Shown here one piece after another: positions 25,767-39,508 of a DNA stretch of 64,000 nt. Each line of letters begins with the position of its first letter. Position 1 is the stretch's first letter. Origin of the DNA: Fimicolochytrium jonesii (lineage: Eukaryota). The notes below the pieces were generated by a model that was not told the DNA's origin, did no database searches, and saw only the letters and a program-made list of their open reading frames with translations. Position numbers and translations under genes: made by a program. The stretch covers positions 248,001 to 312,000 of the forward strand of contig NW_026515694.1 in NCBI RefSeq assembly GCF_025526975.1, in the 5' to 3' direction.

Positions 25767-26321
25767 CTAAAACTTCAGCCTATTGCCCTGCTCGAGAATG
25801 GCAGCTACCCAATCGGCGGCTTCCCTCCCGGAAGCCAAGTCCCTCGTTCGCGTCCTAAAGAATCGAGGAGGGTGTGAATCGTGTTCGTAAGTAACGAGAC
25901 TAGTTGAGCTGCGCGGCATGATATTGGGAGTTAGCACGAACCCTGGCACGAACCTGATGGGCAAGTGAAAGAATTCAAACTCTGTCTGCAAGTCCCAGAA
26001 GAAACCAAAGCGGTCTAGCCTGCCGACGGACAGATCCTTGACCATGTTGGCCTCAAGGGAAACCTGTTCTGGGCTCACGTTTGTGTAGTCGAAGAGGATA
26101 TCAAGGACCTTCGCCTCGACCTCTGGTTTGGTCCAGTGTTTTGGGGGCAGGGAGGCTTTCTTGTAGAAGGTCCTGACGCCGGTGATTTGGGGGAAAGCGT
26201 TGGGACGGGAGGCGGCGGCGACGGCCAAAAGCGGGAAAGTGTGTGCGCAGGCAGCTTGCCTTCGTGCGGTCACTGCGCGAGCGGCGGAGAGCGAAGGAGC
26301 CAAAGACCGTAAGCCGTGCAT
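25767..26321 (-). CDS. Mitochondrial acyl-carrier-protein-like protein lacking the DSL serine
   Basis: Arg/Ala-rich presequence followed by an ACP-like fold pattern (EVEAKVLDIL..VSLEANMVKDLSVGRLD...LQTEFEF..AADWV). In-frame intron at 25855-25953. Confidence 0.7.
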   Translation of the reverse strand: MHGLRSLAPSLSAARAVTARRQAACAHTFPLLAVAAASRPNAFPQITGVRTFYKKASLPPKHWTKPEVEAKVLDILFDYTNVSPEQVSLEANMVKDLSVGRLDRFGFFWDLQTEFEFFHLPIRFVPGFVLTPNIMPRSSTSLVTYEHDSHPPRFFRTRTRDLASGREAADWVAAILEQGNRLKF

Positions 26322-26598
26322 GTTGTGTTTGCGTCCGAATGAAGTCTGAAGGATGGCTTGTCGACGAGAATGTGAGGTCAAGAATGGCCGTCGAGTCGTC
26401 GTGTGCTTTGAGCAGCGTTGAGCACCGACAATGAGCAGTGCACTTTTCAGAAACGAACGCGTCGTCCCAATGCTCCCCTTTCCCCAAGAACGGACACGGA
26501 CTTAGAAGAAGCTGCGTACCGGGGTGCGCAGCGTACCTACTTACGCCTTCATAGTCTTATAGGCATCCGCTACTCGTCGGCAAAGAAAAGCGGACCAA

Positions 26599-29500
26599 AT
26601 GGAGACAGAGCGTCAACAGCCTTCGCGGGCTTCTGTCCGGGTCTCTTCAGACGCGCATGTAGCCCATGTCGGCGTTCAAGAGCTGCTAGGCTTGCGGGAA
26701 AAGGAGCTCCGGGAGATATATGCAGCTATGGAGCAACGTCTGAAGGAGAAGGAACTGGAGGTGTGAGCTCCTTGCAAATGTTTTTCTTTGACATATCGAC
26801 GCAAGGACCCATCTTGACGTGGTCTCAACGACCTTAGTGCCACTCTGTGCAGGAGCGACTTCGTTTACTACAAGAGGATTTCATATACAATCTATCACTT
26901 CTGGAGGACCGCGACCGAGAATTGGAGCGCTTCGACAGGATCACAGAGGGACTAACATCAGATGTAAATGATAGGTTTGTGGCGCTACATTTGGGCCATT
27001 CAGTCAGATAATGTCCAAAGCTGACACAGGTCGATAGGGAAGCGCGGATAGCGGAGCTCAAAATGGTGGTTCGTGAGAGGACCACCGACATTGCCAACTT
27101 AAAATCGTTGATGCAGGCTCAGGAGCAGCAGCACCATGAGCTCCTTCGAAAGCTTCAGACAGATGATGAGGTCAGGCACTGGTGGATTGTTCTGGTCGCA
27201 GGGATTGGGAACGGAAGTGATTCTGAACCGATTGTATCTCAGATGATGATGAAACATCAGGAAGATGTCCTCCGAACGAGAATGGAAGAGTTCGAACTAG
27301 AGCGGGCCGATTTGCAAATGCAGATGAAGAAGCTCGAACAACAATTGGAGCTCCAAAGGTGGGCATTTGATGCATACGTGACCGATTTATTCTCGTAACT
27401 TAATAGTAATCATGTCAGGACTGCTCACTTGGCAGAGATGCAGCAGCAAAAAAGGTCGCAGGAAATTGTATTGCGTGCTCTCAAGCAGGACTTGGCACGG
27501 CAGCTGCTTGAAGCGGAACATGACGTGTCGCGGGCAACGGCCGAACTCCATGCTGTGAAGGGGGCGCGGGAGGCGATCGAGAAAAAGCTGGAAGAACAGA
27601 TGGATGCCAATCAGTATGGGACCCGTTTACCTGCAGCTGGGATGCTTCAATATGGCTAACAGTTGCATCATCCAGGAAAATCGAAAGCAAACTGCAGCAA
27701 GCTGGTTGGGAAGGGGCGGACGCGAAGAAAGAGTCGGCGATTCGCATAGCGGAGCTTGAAGAGCAACTAAGACAGGTTTACCACATATGCTGCCGAATGA
27801 AACAATTGACCAGGCACTAATCAAAAGCCTTTTATGTGCAGAGCGAGACCGCAGCCGCGCAGGCGCAGACTGCGTTTGAGACTCGGCAAAAGAAGCTTAT
27901 GCTCGATTCTGAGGAGATGAAAAAGTGTCTAGAACACGACAAGACTATAGCCGAGGAACGGAATGAGACGTTGACAAAGCAGTTAGCAATGGCAATGGAC
28001 CAAGCGGCAATGCAAAGAGATGAAATCGTGAAAGCCTACCAGCAGCTGGAGAAATTGGTTGCGCATAAGGAGGAAGACATCCGAACGCTGCACAACCGAC
28101 TCAGTATGGAGAAAAGCAAGGTGGGCATCACCGTTTGGATGGTTTCCTGGCAAAAATCCGTGTCTGAACGATCCCCAACGTAGGTTTCACGCCATGGCGA
28201 AACGATTGCTAAGCAGCAAGACCGCATTAGCACACTGGAGGCAGAGCTCGACCGTCGGTGTCATGCTAATGAGCAGCTGCATCAAGAGATGGCTTCTTTG
28301 GTAGCTTCGGAGCAAGATCTGCGACGGAACCTGACTGAGCGTATGGATAAGTCTTTGATACTGGACGCGACTTTACACGACATCTTGACTAATATATGCC
28401 CAACACCTCTCAGAGAAGCTGGAAAAAGAAAGAAGCTTGGCAGCGCTACACCGTAAAGACGTAGATGATCAGAGCCAACTGGTTCGCGGTTTAATCGCTG
28501 CAAAAGAGATAGCAGAAGCGGAAGTCAAAGTGAGGATGAGATGATATCCCAAGTCTGTCGAATACAAAGTCTAATGGTGCAACTCAGCTACTCCGAAGCA
28601 AGCTTGGAATGGCAGCGCATGCACATCTAAGGTTGAGACCAGCATCCACACCTCCCTTCCCATCCTACGACACTGGGCAACAACAAGAGGATCGCCTGTC
28701 GCCCGACCCAACGAGCGATCGTGATACATACTGGCAGAATGAGGTATGTGACCGCGGGATATTGTTTCGGACTCACCAGTTGCTGACGGCCTCCCGTGTT
28801 GTTAGAATGCGCGCCTCACATCGATAATACATCAAATGCGGCATGATATGGAAATCATGCATCAAGCCATGGCAAGCAACGCAAGCACACAGCAACGGAA
28901 GGTATGCGGCTATGTCGTCAAGCTATGAGCGTCGCGTCTGCTGCTAACGCTTCTCGATGTGGGGCAGATGAGCCCGGAGGGTTTCCGATTGAACGACGAT
29001 GCCCAGCAGTTACATAACCAGATCACCAAACTGCAAGGTCTGCTGGCCCAAAAGCAGACCATAATCGACCAGCTTCTCGATCAGCAACAGAAACTGCACG
29101 AGAAGTTGGGGCAGTCTTTACGATCCGCCTCAGCTGTCGGAGGAGGAGCTGGTGTGCAGGGGGGAGACAGGGACGTAGAAAACCAGTCCGGATCCGAGCC
29201 GCTGGTGGATAAGCTGCGGGCGGAGAACCAGCAGCTTCGGCAGCGGTTGACGGCGTTACATGGTGATATGCAGCGGTTGGCACAGGAACGGGCTCGACTA
29301 CTGGATATGAGCAACGCGCTTAAGGCGGAGGTCCGGTTTTGGACGGAGAAGAATGGGGACAAGGCCCATGCTGCCACTCAAAGTATGTTCTGTGAGCAAC
29401 GCTTTTGCTACATGCAGTTTTGTCTTCATCTGCTCTTCATCTCACTCGCTTTTCTGTTTCCACATTGTCTGCGCACTAAAAGCGCTAACAAGTTCACAAG

Positions 29501-29808
29501 GTAAGCGGCAGCTTCCCCCATTTCGTTTTACATACTCGACCCGCTCACCTACGTCTCCCACAGTGAAAACAGCACGTCAAAAACCATGGGCGACCCAAAA
29601 CTCCATCCCACGGCCCATCAAACAAAGCGCGCGCGCAACACCCAGCCAACGCGAGGCGCAAGAACGGTTAGCCACTAGCAAACGCGCCAACTCACCGACC
29701 CTCGCTGAATTGAGTCCGGATGAAGGGGAGCATTTGCTCAGGCTCAAGCTAAGGGCTCGTGGGATACGGAATTGGAATGAGAGGAGTGACGATGATGACG
29801 ATAGTTGA
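26599..29808 (+). CDS. CCDC57: CCDC57-like centrosomal coiled-coil protein, many exons
   Basis: RLQEDFIYNLSLLEDRDRELERFD, ENARLTSIIHQMRHDME, ERARLLDMSNALKAEV and C-terminal IRNWN resemble recalled CCDC57 blocks. Confidence 0.75.
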
Positions 29809-30097
29809 GGGCGGACTACCCATCGCATCTCTCGACAGCACACACTTGTATATATATGATCTTCAAGATCAGAAACTCGGTTCATGAACATTGGTCATGA
29901 ACATTACGCACCGGCTCTAAACGCCAAAATAGATGAGCCGCCGACATGCCTAGAATATTGTAACAATAAGGGAGGAGAGCCGATAGGCCACATGATGCCC
30001 ATAAATCAAAATGCAAGGAAGCGTGGGCAACGCCGTATCTCACAAACGCAGGACACCAAAAAGAGATATACGTATGTACAGCAGTGACTAATTAGCG

Positions 30098-32420
30098 TCA
30101 CGTGGATGCTCGTAAGGTACGGCGTAACGCGTCGCGTATGTCCCTATCCCGCACATCGTCGGTATCAAGTCGTGCGAGATGGATGATGTGAGGCTTGACT
30201 TTGGAGGAGATATGTATCCGAATTTCAGAATTGACGAGGTCGTGTCCGCATAGCGTAGCTGTGATCCTGCGTATTCAGATAATCGCGATCAGGACCTTCG
30301 TGATGCATAAGCGCGGCCGTTTGAGATAGTATCCCGGGACACTTACCGGACAGGTACCTTCCCCGGTACTATCATCCCACTCACACTTCCGGCATCTAGA
30401 ATCCAATCTCCTACGCCGAAAGGCGTCTTGCCCCGGGTCATGGCCGACATGCCATCGGCCACCTCCAGAACAAGAGCCAGGCATATCCGCCAAATCTCCT
30501 GGCGGAGAAACTCCTCCACACTGTCCGGTAACAGCAGATTCTCCTGTGCGCCGATCTTTGACGCTGTTGAAGTGCTTCTGATTTCGCCGCTTGCGTATAA
30601 TCGCAGTGTGATTCGATAACTGTGGTTAAGCAGGAGAGAGGCTGAGCAAACTTGCCGAAGGAAGATCAAGACTCGGGCGATGGCAATGATACCTGTAAAT
30701 AGAGAGAATCCACGATGTATCGACGCCGGCCGTTTCGTTTCGCAAGCGTTGCAGACTCACTTCGAAGCGAGCCTCCAAATGGCTCACTACCGCATCTAAA
30801 TGGGCTTGTATCTCCTCACGCAAATGCTGTCTCTCCACGCTTTGTGTGACGCGCTGGAACAAGGCCGATGCGGTTTGCCTCCGGTCGGCCTTTTGTCCAA
30901 CTTTTTGTTTCCGCAAATTCTCACGGTGTATTTCACGTAGTCCCTGCCGCGCTACCCACGCCAGCAACGCACTATTCTCTTCCTGCTCGCTATACTCCGA
31001 TGGCGTTTCCCGGAGAGTCTGATCACCGCCACTGTCTTCGTTTCTCCGCTGTTTTGTCAGAGGGGCTTGCACTATTTTCACAGTGATGCGAGTATTACCA
31101 CGGTTGGAACCAATTGTAAGACTGTCATCTGTTTCGATCACATTTGCCGCTGTTGCCTGGCCTGGTGCGGCACCATGCAGAAGCTAACGATGAAGTTGTT
31201 CATGAGAGGAAAGCGCGGAAGTCCCGGAGCGGCATAATGAGCTCACCTTCTCGTAGACTTCGGAGTCAAATATACTCGACTGAGCTATGACCAATCGATG
31301 AAAATTCCCATCAGTTGCTGTTCCCAGACTAGCAGTTTCATAATCCTTTCCAGGCTCGTCCTCCGTTTCCGAGGGAATCCCATTTGGTGCATCAATGGAC
31401 ATTTTGATTTTCTTCGCCGCTCGATGATAGAACGAAAGCTGGACATCGTTTTGGTCCGCGCGATCCGCCAACCCATCTGATTTAGCGTCCTGAGTGAAAT
31501 CCCGCCGTAAATCCGCGTGACCGATTTCTCCAAACTCGGAGCCAACTGACAAGGCAGACATCAGTCAGTCAAGTGCCACGACATAGAACTGAAAAGCTCC
31601 GATGAAGCGTAATACCATTGTTGTATGTGTAATCAACGTATACGGTTGTTCCATATCCTTGCAGCGTTTTGGCTTGGAGGATCCAGTTCCTCTCGAGTAA
31701 ATCCGACGTGAACCGACCATAAAAGACCTCGTCGCGGAGGACTAAGCTTTCAATTCGCAAAGCCGCGTCATTCAATTTCGTGGCAATCTCTCTCAAATGC
31801 TGCACCGTCTACTTTAGCCTCACGGAAGGATACCCGTATCTGACAACCTGTGGGGTACCTGAAGTTTTGCGGCCACCACGAGCTCCATCTGGTCGATTTG
31901 CTGCTTTGCGGAAGGCCGCGGCTTGTTGGGCGCAGAAATGAGACGCAAATGGGTCGTATCCGGCTCCAATCTTGACGTCCTCTTTTCTGCTCCCAACAGA
32001 CGATTGACGATGTCCAGCAGCAGCGAGCTTTCCTGCCAGGCTCTGCTGCAAATCGACACTAATAAGACACAATCGATGTGACTGGCGGAATAACGTAAGT
32101 ACACCATACTAGATAATATCTTTAGCAAGACGGATAGACGGCAGGTGCGGCTGGTCATCTGGTGCATCGTCCTCCACCGCCGCAGCCAGGGGTTTCGACT
32201 TGATTTTGGTCCAGTTCAGTTGTTGGGCTCGGTTGGTCAGTCGTTCGAGTCTCGAAGGCACTCTGCGGTGATTGGGATGAGATTCGGATCTCGAAAACAG
32301 GCCGCCGCTCTCCACTTACGTTTCGAGGACTTCCTCCCCTGTTGTAGTGATGTCCCATAACCGCTGACCTACGTCAAGCTCGACGGCGACTTCCAAGGGA
32401 GAAGTCGACTCTTGGTCCAT
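30098..32420 (-). CDS. MED17: Mediator subunit 17 (Srb4)-like, multi-exon
   Basis: N-terminal VAVE..LWDITTTGEE, AWQESSLLLDIV, and KLNDAALRI..RDEVFY..NWIL..VYVDYTY|VGSEF..GHADLRRD fit the Med17 pattern. Confidence 0.7.
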
Positions 32421-34064
32421 AGCTAGGAACGATCCCGGAGAAAAACGCGCCAATCAAAGTGTGCCGGACTACCCCATTTGGGGACAAGGTGAGAGGGCGG
32501 ACAGGGACAACCTGTCTCTTCCAGGTCGTAAGGTCCTTTCGACGCTTCTGCTTTCTCCGCTGAAGGATGTTGCAGAGCATCGGCGGCGAAAGCCCAACTG
32601 ACAAGGGCTAATATGTGGCACGTGACGTCGAATAAAACTGAGTTCGAACGCGTTGAATGGCTAGCTTTTTTTTTTCGGCCTGCTCCAGTTTGTTCCTTGG
32701 TCTAGTAAAGACAGCAAGCGGGACTAGGGCATCGCACATGGGCAGCGACAACGCATGCCATCTTGCAAGTTGCACTGTAGTTTTGCGTGCAATCCAATTC
32801 CGAAGTCGGCCCCAAGTCCTGGAGAACAGAATGGCAAGGGAGCGGACAGTCACCTCGCAAAAAGCTGTGCCTCTCTATATAATGCGTGAATTTGGCTTTG
32901 CGGCAGTCGCTGATGTACTTCAAGGGGGGCACGGCTTTTTGCCGGAACTGCGGGAACCAGCATGCAGTGACGGCTAGCTGCCATCCACATGTCACACGGC
33001 ACTGCAACCATTATCTAACATAAGCTTGCCGATGCCCAGCTGCTACTAGCCACGTCTCAAATTGGGTGTTGATCTTCCTATAAGGCACGGAATGTCAGCA
33101 CCGGTGATGAGTCGTCTTCCACATCATACACCAGAATCAACCAGGAGCAGGCATTGATAGAACACTGGGGAAGCTGGTCGAAGCCGTGGCCGTCGATACT
33201 GATCTACGCCGTCGCCATACAGTCCAATCCGCGTAGGGTAGCATGGCGTGGTAGCTGAATATGGAGGTAACCGCAGGTCATAAAGCACAATGGAATCGAG
33301 GTGACCGCCATGTTGAGAGCGGCATGAATGATGGCCTGCTCCTTTCGTGTTTACCTGTTGGCCCCTCGAATACTTAAGGTCGAACAGATTCACCGGATTA
33401 AAGACCGACAGTTAGACAGCACGGCTCGGTTCCAGTGCCTGAAGAGTAATGAGCAAGTATGTACACATGTGCTAAAACGCACGCCGAATCAAAGAAATTC
33501 TGGGCAGACAGGCAATGATAGTGGGTGGCAGGTCAAGAATCAAGTTCTGTAGGATGAAGTCCCGGAAGGCAGAGCAACACGACGAGGTGATGTTGCGGCG
33601 TGGCAGTAAGCTCATGATTCTACTGCAGGAGAAGGACCGGAGCCATCCGTCTCCTGCTGGAGAACGACAGGAGATCTTTCCTTTCCGGCAGGAGAAGCAT
33701 ACGAGTAACTCTTTCCTGTAGGAGAGGCACAGCGAGGCGTGTGGCCTCCTTGGATCCCCCACATGTCCATTGGCAAGCGGAAGCTGCAAAACGCGTTGGA
33801 GCGATGCTTATGTCAGTGACTGACGGCGGCACGTCATTGTCCGCCGTCCGATCGCACGAGATCCGAAGCCCCGCCTCAGGCTCCGTGTCCCCTCCGCTAC
33901 GTACAGTGCTTCCGCTTCCGAAGCCACCTTGCGAGTGATATTCCATCAGATCCCTGTGGCGAAAGCATACATAAGAAACGGGCGCCCTCTCACCCTCCAC
34001 CAGCAGCTGCTCTCACGTCAACACTGGAATCTCGTCTCGAAGTACCAGTAAAACCATCACCGCC

Positions 34065-34925
34065 ATGTCGACCCCGTCCAACATCACGCTCCACTACCTG
34101 AACAACAGCAGGGCCCAGAGAATTATTTGGCTCTTGGACGAACTTGACATCAAGTTTGACTTGAAGCGCTATGAACGCGGCCCCGACATGCGGGCTCCTA
34201 AGGAGTTGAAGCTTGTTCACCCGTTGGGCAAGTCTCCCGTCATCACGGACGGCGACAAGACCATCGCGGAGTCTGGAGCTATCGTCGATTACATTGTTGA
34301 CACCTACGGAGCCGGGAGGCTGAAGCCAGCTGCTGGAACAAACGAGGCGATTCAATACTCTCACTGGCTGCATTTCGCTGAGGGTACTTTCGCAAAAATC
34401 CGCAGAATTTGCACTTGGTGCGTGTAAGCTGACGTCCGACTTTTTAGGTTCTCTCATGTTCCCTCTCTTGATGACTTTGGTCTTTGGAAGTACCGTGAAG
34501 CAAAGCCCTTTCTTTGTTCGCCCACTCGTGAGCGGCATCTCGAGCGCGGTGCACTCGAAGTTTATCGACCCGGAGCTGAAGACTTTGTTTGACTACATCG
34601 AGAAGCACTTGGAAGTGAATGAGTACTTCACCGGCTCCGAGTTCACCGCTGCTGATATCCAAATGACTTTCCCGCTCGAGGTATGCATCTGTGCATGCGC
34701 GCTGTGCTTTATGGCTTACTATTGGATTCGTACATAAATTTCTGATTGTATTTCTGTTTCCAATTTCAGGCCGCTTTGGGACGTGCAAAGGAATTCATGG
34801 GTCCAAAGACTATTGCTTTCATTGAGAAGATGCATGCAAGGCCCGCTTACCAGCAGGCTCTGAAAGACACTCCTGACTATGCGTATGCGAAAGTGAAGCC
34901 CGAGGCATCGACCTCCAACTTGTAG
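34065..34925 (+). CDS. Glutathione S-transferase, fungal Gtt1-like, 3 exons
   Basis: SRAQRIIWLLDEL, VHPLGKSPVI, AESGAIVDY, WLHFAEGSLM and FTAADIQMTFPLE. Introns at 34384-34447 and 34681-34769. Confidence 0.93.
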
Positions 34926-35417
34926 TCTCGCGCATCCGATTACGCTACGATGGTGAGGGCTGGTTTGATAGTGAGGCCTTAAAGCTGCCGGCCGCTGTAT
35001 GCTCTGGTCGCATCGTGCTGTAGTTACACAACCCTCCACAGGCCCTAGATTGAACTCGCTCTGGCTCTGCTGGTGAAGATGCACGCCGCTCTTGCACTTT
35101 GTAAGATATATTACTGTACCTTAATTTGCACATACACTATTGATCCTCTGCGTGATCTCGGACCCCTAGCGGACTGAAGAACTTGGGAAGTCGGGATGTC
35201 ACAAAACGCGCCACAAAACGGTGCGTTCTACGCGCCGCCGACGACACGATGGTCTCCGTGGGAAAGCAGGTGGGAAAGCAACCGCTGAGCTGAAGCACCC
35301 TCAAACAACCAAAGCACCCCAGAAGCACCCTCCTTTCATCTTCCGGCATTATTCGTTCACAGGAAGCAAAGGGTCGTTTTTCGCCGGAACGACAACAAGA
35401 GGACCCGCTCCAAAAGC

Positions 35418-37600
35418 ATGACTTTCAAAGAGCGCATCCGCGTGCTGTGGGACAATGCCGCCCACTCACAGTCACCGAACAAGAGTCCGGAGTCGCCTGG
35501 TCCCAGCGGCCATGTCCCGCCAGAAGCAGAGCCTTCATGCTGTGGTTTCGGAGGACGTAAAGCATTGAAACTAGCATTTCCTCTGGAGGCAGAGCTGATG
35601 GTGACGGACACTGGAGTGACGCTCAAGTATGACTTTGGCTTAGGTGGGTAAAAGGAGGAGGCTAAATAGAGTCTGGGGAGTGGGAAGATTATGCAATGGA
35701 GCAAGGGGCGGCTAGCGACGAATGTCTCTGAGGACAAACGAGTGTGGCGACCGTACATGTATGGACAAGTAGGCTGTTACCGATTGGCGGGCGAATGGTA
35801 TGAAAGCCGGCTCAGGGGACCGGTTGAGGGAGCTTATAGAGAAGCTGACCTATCCCCGGTGGCTTTGAAACTTATCCAATCCATTGGGGATCTCACATCA
35901 GCGGAGTCTCATAACTGAATATGTCTTCGCATCACAGTCACAACCATTTCGAGCGCATTGATCTTTGGAGCTGCAAGAGTGGCGCGACCATCGCCTCCTC
36001 TGAAAACAACGAAAAGCGGAGATGTGCTGGCCAGTGAAGCCAGCCGGTTACATAGGGACTCCAACGCCGCGGGACAGTCGTCGTACTGGGCTTTGACAGC
36101 CGTGGAACTGACGAATGGCAGCTTTTCAAAACGACCTGGGATCCGTCGCATTTTGTTTGAGAGCTTGACGCAGGCGAAGGGCGGCGTGGAGTCTGCCATT
36201 CAAGCTGTCCAGGCGACGGCTGGTTTGAAGAGAAGTACGTCATGTGCCCATTTTGGCCAGAGTCAACCTTCCATGTGACATTGGTTATTCACCGTGCGAT
36301 TCGCTATGCAGGCACGAAACCGGTACTCCTTCTGGTGAATCCTTTCGGCGGGACAAAGCGAGGAGTGAAGAATTACGAGCAATATGTTAGACCTATGCTG
36401 CACTTGTCCGAAACGCCCTTCGAATTGAGGAGTGCGTATATTCTGCATGCTACCGAACGACATCTACGTTCGATCTAGGACCTAATCATGAAGTTCTCTC
36501 CGGATAGAAACGACACATCAGCAGCATGCGACGCAGATTGCCCAGGAGATTGATATTGACGCGTACTCTGCTATCGTGACGATCAGCGGCGACGGGGTGT
36601 TTCACGAAGTGGTTCATGGCCTGCTATCCCGACGTGATTGGGAACAGGCGTCGAAGCTTCCCATCGGGCTAATCGGAAGTGGTGAGTAAACACACCTTGA
36701 ACTTATTTTCTGCTACAACCTTTCACGGGTCACTGACTTTCATGTTTGTTAGGCACCGCCAACGCCCTGGGGAAGAACTTGATGTGCGGATCTATAGAGT
36801 TGGCCACCTTGGCCGTTATCAAACTGCGAACGCGACCCATGGACGCCTTCTCCATCACACAAAACGACACCGTGACGTACTCCCATTTACAGCTCATGTG
36901 GACTCTGCTGGCAGATGTCGACTTCGAGTCGGAAGCATACAGATGGCTTGGCGCCGAACGCATGACGGTCGCGGCCGTCATCCGTCTCATCCGCATGCGA
37001 ACATACCATGGCAAGCTCTACCTGCTTCCAAGCGACAAAGCGCATGGCGCAGGCCCGTCCAGATCAAGTTCCCCGACACCCAAGGGAAACTCACCATCAT
37101 CACCCGCAACATACGGCCCACAACGCATCTATACCGCCGACCCCAAGGCCCACCTTTCATGGCCCACCATCATCGACTCCTCCTTCAACTACTTCGTCGC
37201 CACCAACCTCCCTTGGATTTCAGATGACTTCATCGTGACCCCACACGCCCGCATCGCCGACGGCGACATCCACGTCGTATGGTCGGAAAAGATGTCCTTC
37301 CGCGATGCCCTGCGGCCGCTTCTCGATCAGGGCACCGGTGCCTACATTGCTCAGCCTTCAGTGAAAGCCGAACGGGTGAAAGCTCTAGTATTGGAGCCGC
37401 AGGGATGGACGTGGGATAAGGAGAGGAAAGCAGGATCGAAAATGCACGAGGGGGAGTTCATGGATGTCAGTGGGGAGAGGGTACCTTATGTGACCACCAA
37501 GATGGAGATACATCCTGGCGTATTGAACGTCCTGTGTCCGGACTGGTTGGATGAGAGCGCGTGGACCCGCGCGTATGAGAAGGCTACCAGGGGTTCATAA
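35418..37600 (+). CDS. Sphingoid long-chain base kinase (DAGK catalytic family)
   Basis: LVNPFGG, ISGDGVFHEVVHGL, IGS|GTANAL, LADVDFESEAYRWLGAER and MDVSGE. Multi-exon; the N-terminal exon structure is uncertain. Confidence 0.88.
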
Positions 37601-37925
37601 GCGGATACGGAAGTACGCTGAAGCTGGAATGGCTGAAACCATGGAACTTGTGCACTTTTATTCCTGTAAACCTACTCTGTATAATTGGACTCTCAGCCCT
37701 ATGCTACATTATGTAACTAGTCTATGTAGCGTACAAACACGTGCTTCGCTGCACACGGCAGGATGGTGAAGTGAGTTCCCATAAATATCTTCGAGTAGTG
37801 TTTTTGCGTCGGTGGCCTCGCAGGAAGGTACGCTGTCTCCAAGTCGGCATGGTCGCCACCCACGTTCCCTCTAAAACGCCTGTCGCAAATTCATCACCAA
37901 GCTGACTGGACTGAAATGCTCAGTG

Positions 37926-39204
37926 TCATATCGTCAAGCTTCTGGCAGCCTTCCATAACCGATAATGCAGCTTCCAACTCTTTTTCCCCAATTTCGCGTC
38001 AAACAAGTTGAAGTTGTTTTTCTCTAGGGCTTGTAGAAACAAATCGACCGGGACCTAGAGACGCGAAAAGTGATGTTACATGGGAACACCGAAGTTCTTC
38101 ACGACGGCAAGATTGCTCACTGCAGGTAGCAAAGCCGGAATTGCCGCCGGAGGCATATCTGTCATAAACGACCGCGCAGTGATGAGCTGGTCGTTGGCGG
38201 CCGTCGCGACTTCGAAAACGACTTCTTCCAGCGCTTGGCTTGGACCCGTGCGGAAGACTGTTTCCGTGGATAGCCCATGCTACAGGTTCGCAGGTGAATG
38301 AGTCATTGCGTGCGCACCATTCGCGCGAGAGCGAGTCCGACCACACCAACCTTCGCCATAATCTCGGAAGGGAGATAAAACCTCCGTTCCTCCACATGAA
38401 ACGGTGTAGCCCTCAACAAGGTGGCTATTCCAATAGCCTTCCCCACGTGCCCCGCCGCATGTTCTGCATCGTGATTGCGTATCCCGAGCGCTTCCAGCTG
38501 CAGATACAGCAGACTGGACGCTGTATTCTCCGCGTACTTCTCCAAGTCCGCTATCTTTGCGTATTGCGGATCTTGTAAGTTAGATTCCTGAATATCGCGG
38601 AACGGATGTTGGAACTGCAATCAGGGCCGGTATGCTAGAATTTCCGCCATAGTGGTTTGCGCGGCAACTAACCCTCTCAGTCAGCATCCTCTTGAACCAC
38701 GACTTTGACAAGGGCGCGGTCTCCAGCGCTTGTGCAAGCATCAGCGTCACGGGATGGTTCGGCGGTCTGCCCTACGACGGAAAAGATTAGGCTCCGCATA
38801 TGATATTGGCTCCAGCAGGCCGCGGGGCTCTTTTCTCAGCTGCTTTCGTTCTCACTAACCGCAAATACATCGTCCACAGCATCCCTCCACCACTGTATCC
38901 GCGCTTTCCCCAGCAACGAGTCCTTCACGCTCTCCCTGATCAGCGCCGTCTCCACATTGAACGCGCGAACAGCCCAAACGGCATCCCGCGATCTGGCGGG
39001 AACAAACAGGGACGCTAGATAATTATCGTAATCGTGCTTTTGAAGGAGGGTGGTAACATAATTCTGAGCGTTCTGAAGCGGTGCGGGGGTTGTTGCTGGT
39101 CGGGAGGTGGGTGCGGCGAAGTGTCTCCGGCGGGGTTTGTGGGCTTGGTGCAACTTAGAGGAGAATACACCGACGCGGGGTACGGACTTGGCGGGGAACG
39201 ACAT
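37926..39204 (-). CDS. NDUFAF6: Complex I assembly factor 6 (squalene/phytoene synthase-like)
   Basis: Presequence, HDYDNYL, AVRAFNVETA, RIQWWRDAV, YAENTASSLLYL and HAAGHVGKAIGIATLLRATP. Confidence 0.92.
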
Positions 39205-39508
39205 TGTGCCTTGCTACTTGTTCAAACGACTCAACGCTATTGAACGGGCTACGGCTGAAAGCTTCGACGCTCCAGTGGAAGCTGCTGATGAACCTTTGGA
39301 TTTGTTTGTTGGATTTTCCCAAGTTCCCAAATATCGCGTCGGGAGCCTGTCGGCAAGTGTCGGGACTCGGGAGCAGAGAATTCAAGCGCATCCTCTGCGC
39401 GTCCTCCACACGCCTTCTGCAGCCGTTCTGCAGTTCAGTTGCAGGTTGGATTGGAGGCGGTAGTGCAGTTGACAAACAGCAAAGAAGACGATTAGTACTG
39501 GTTTGAAG

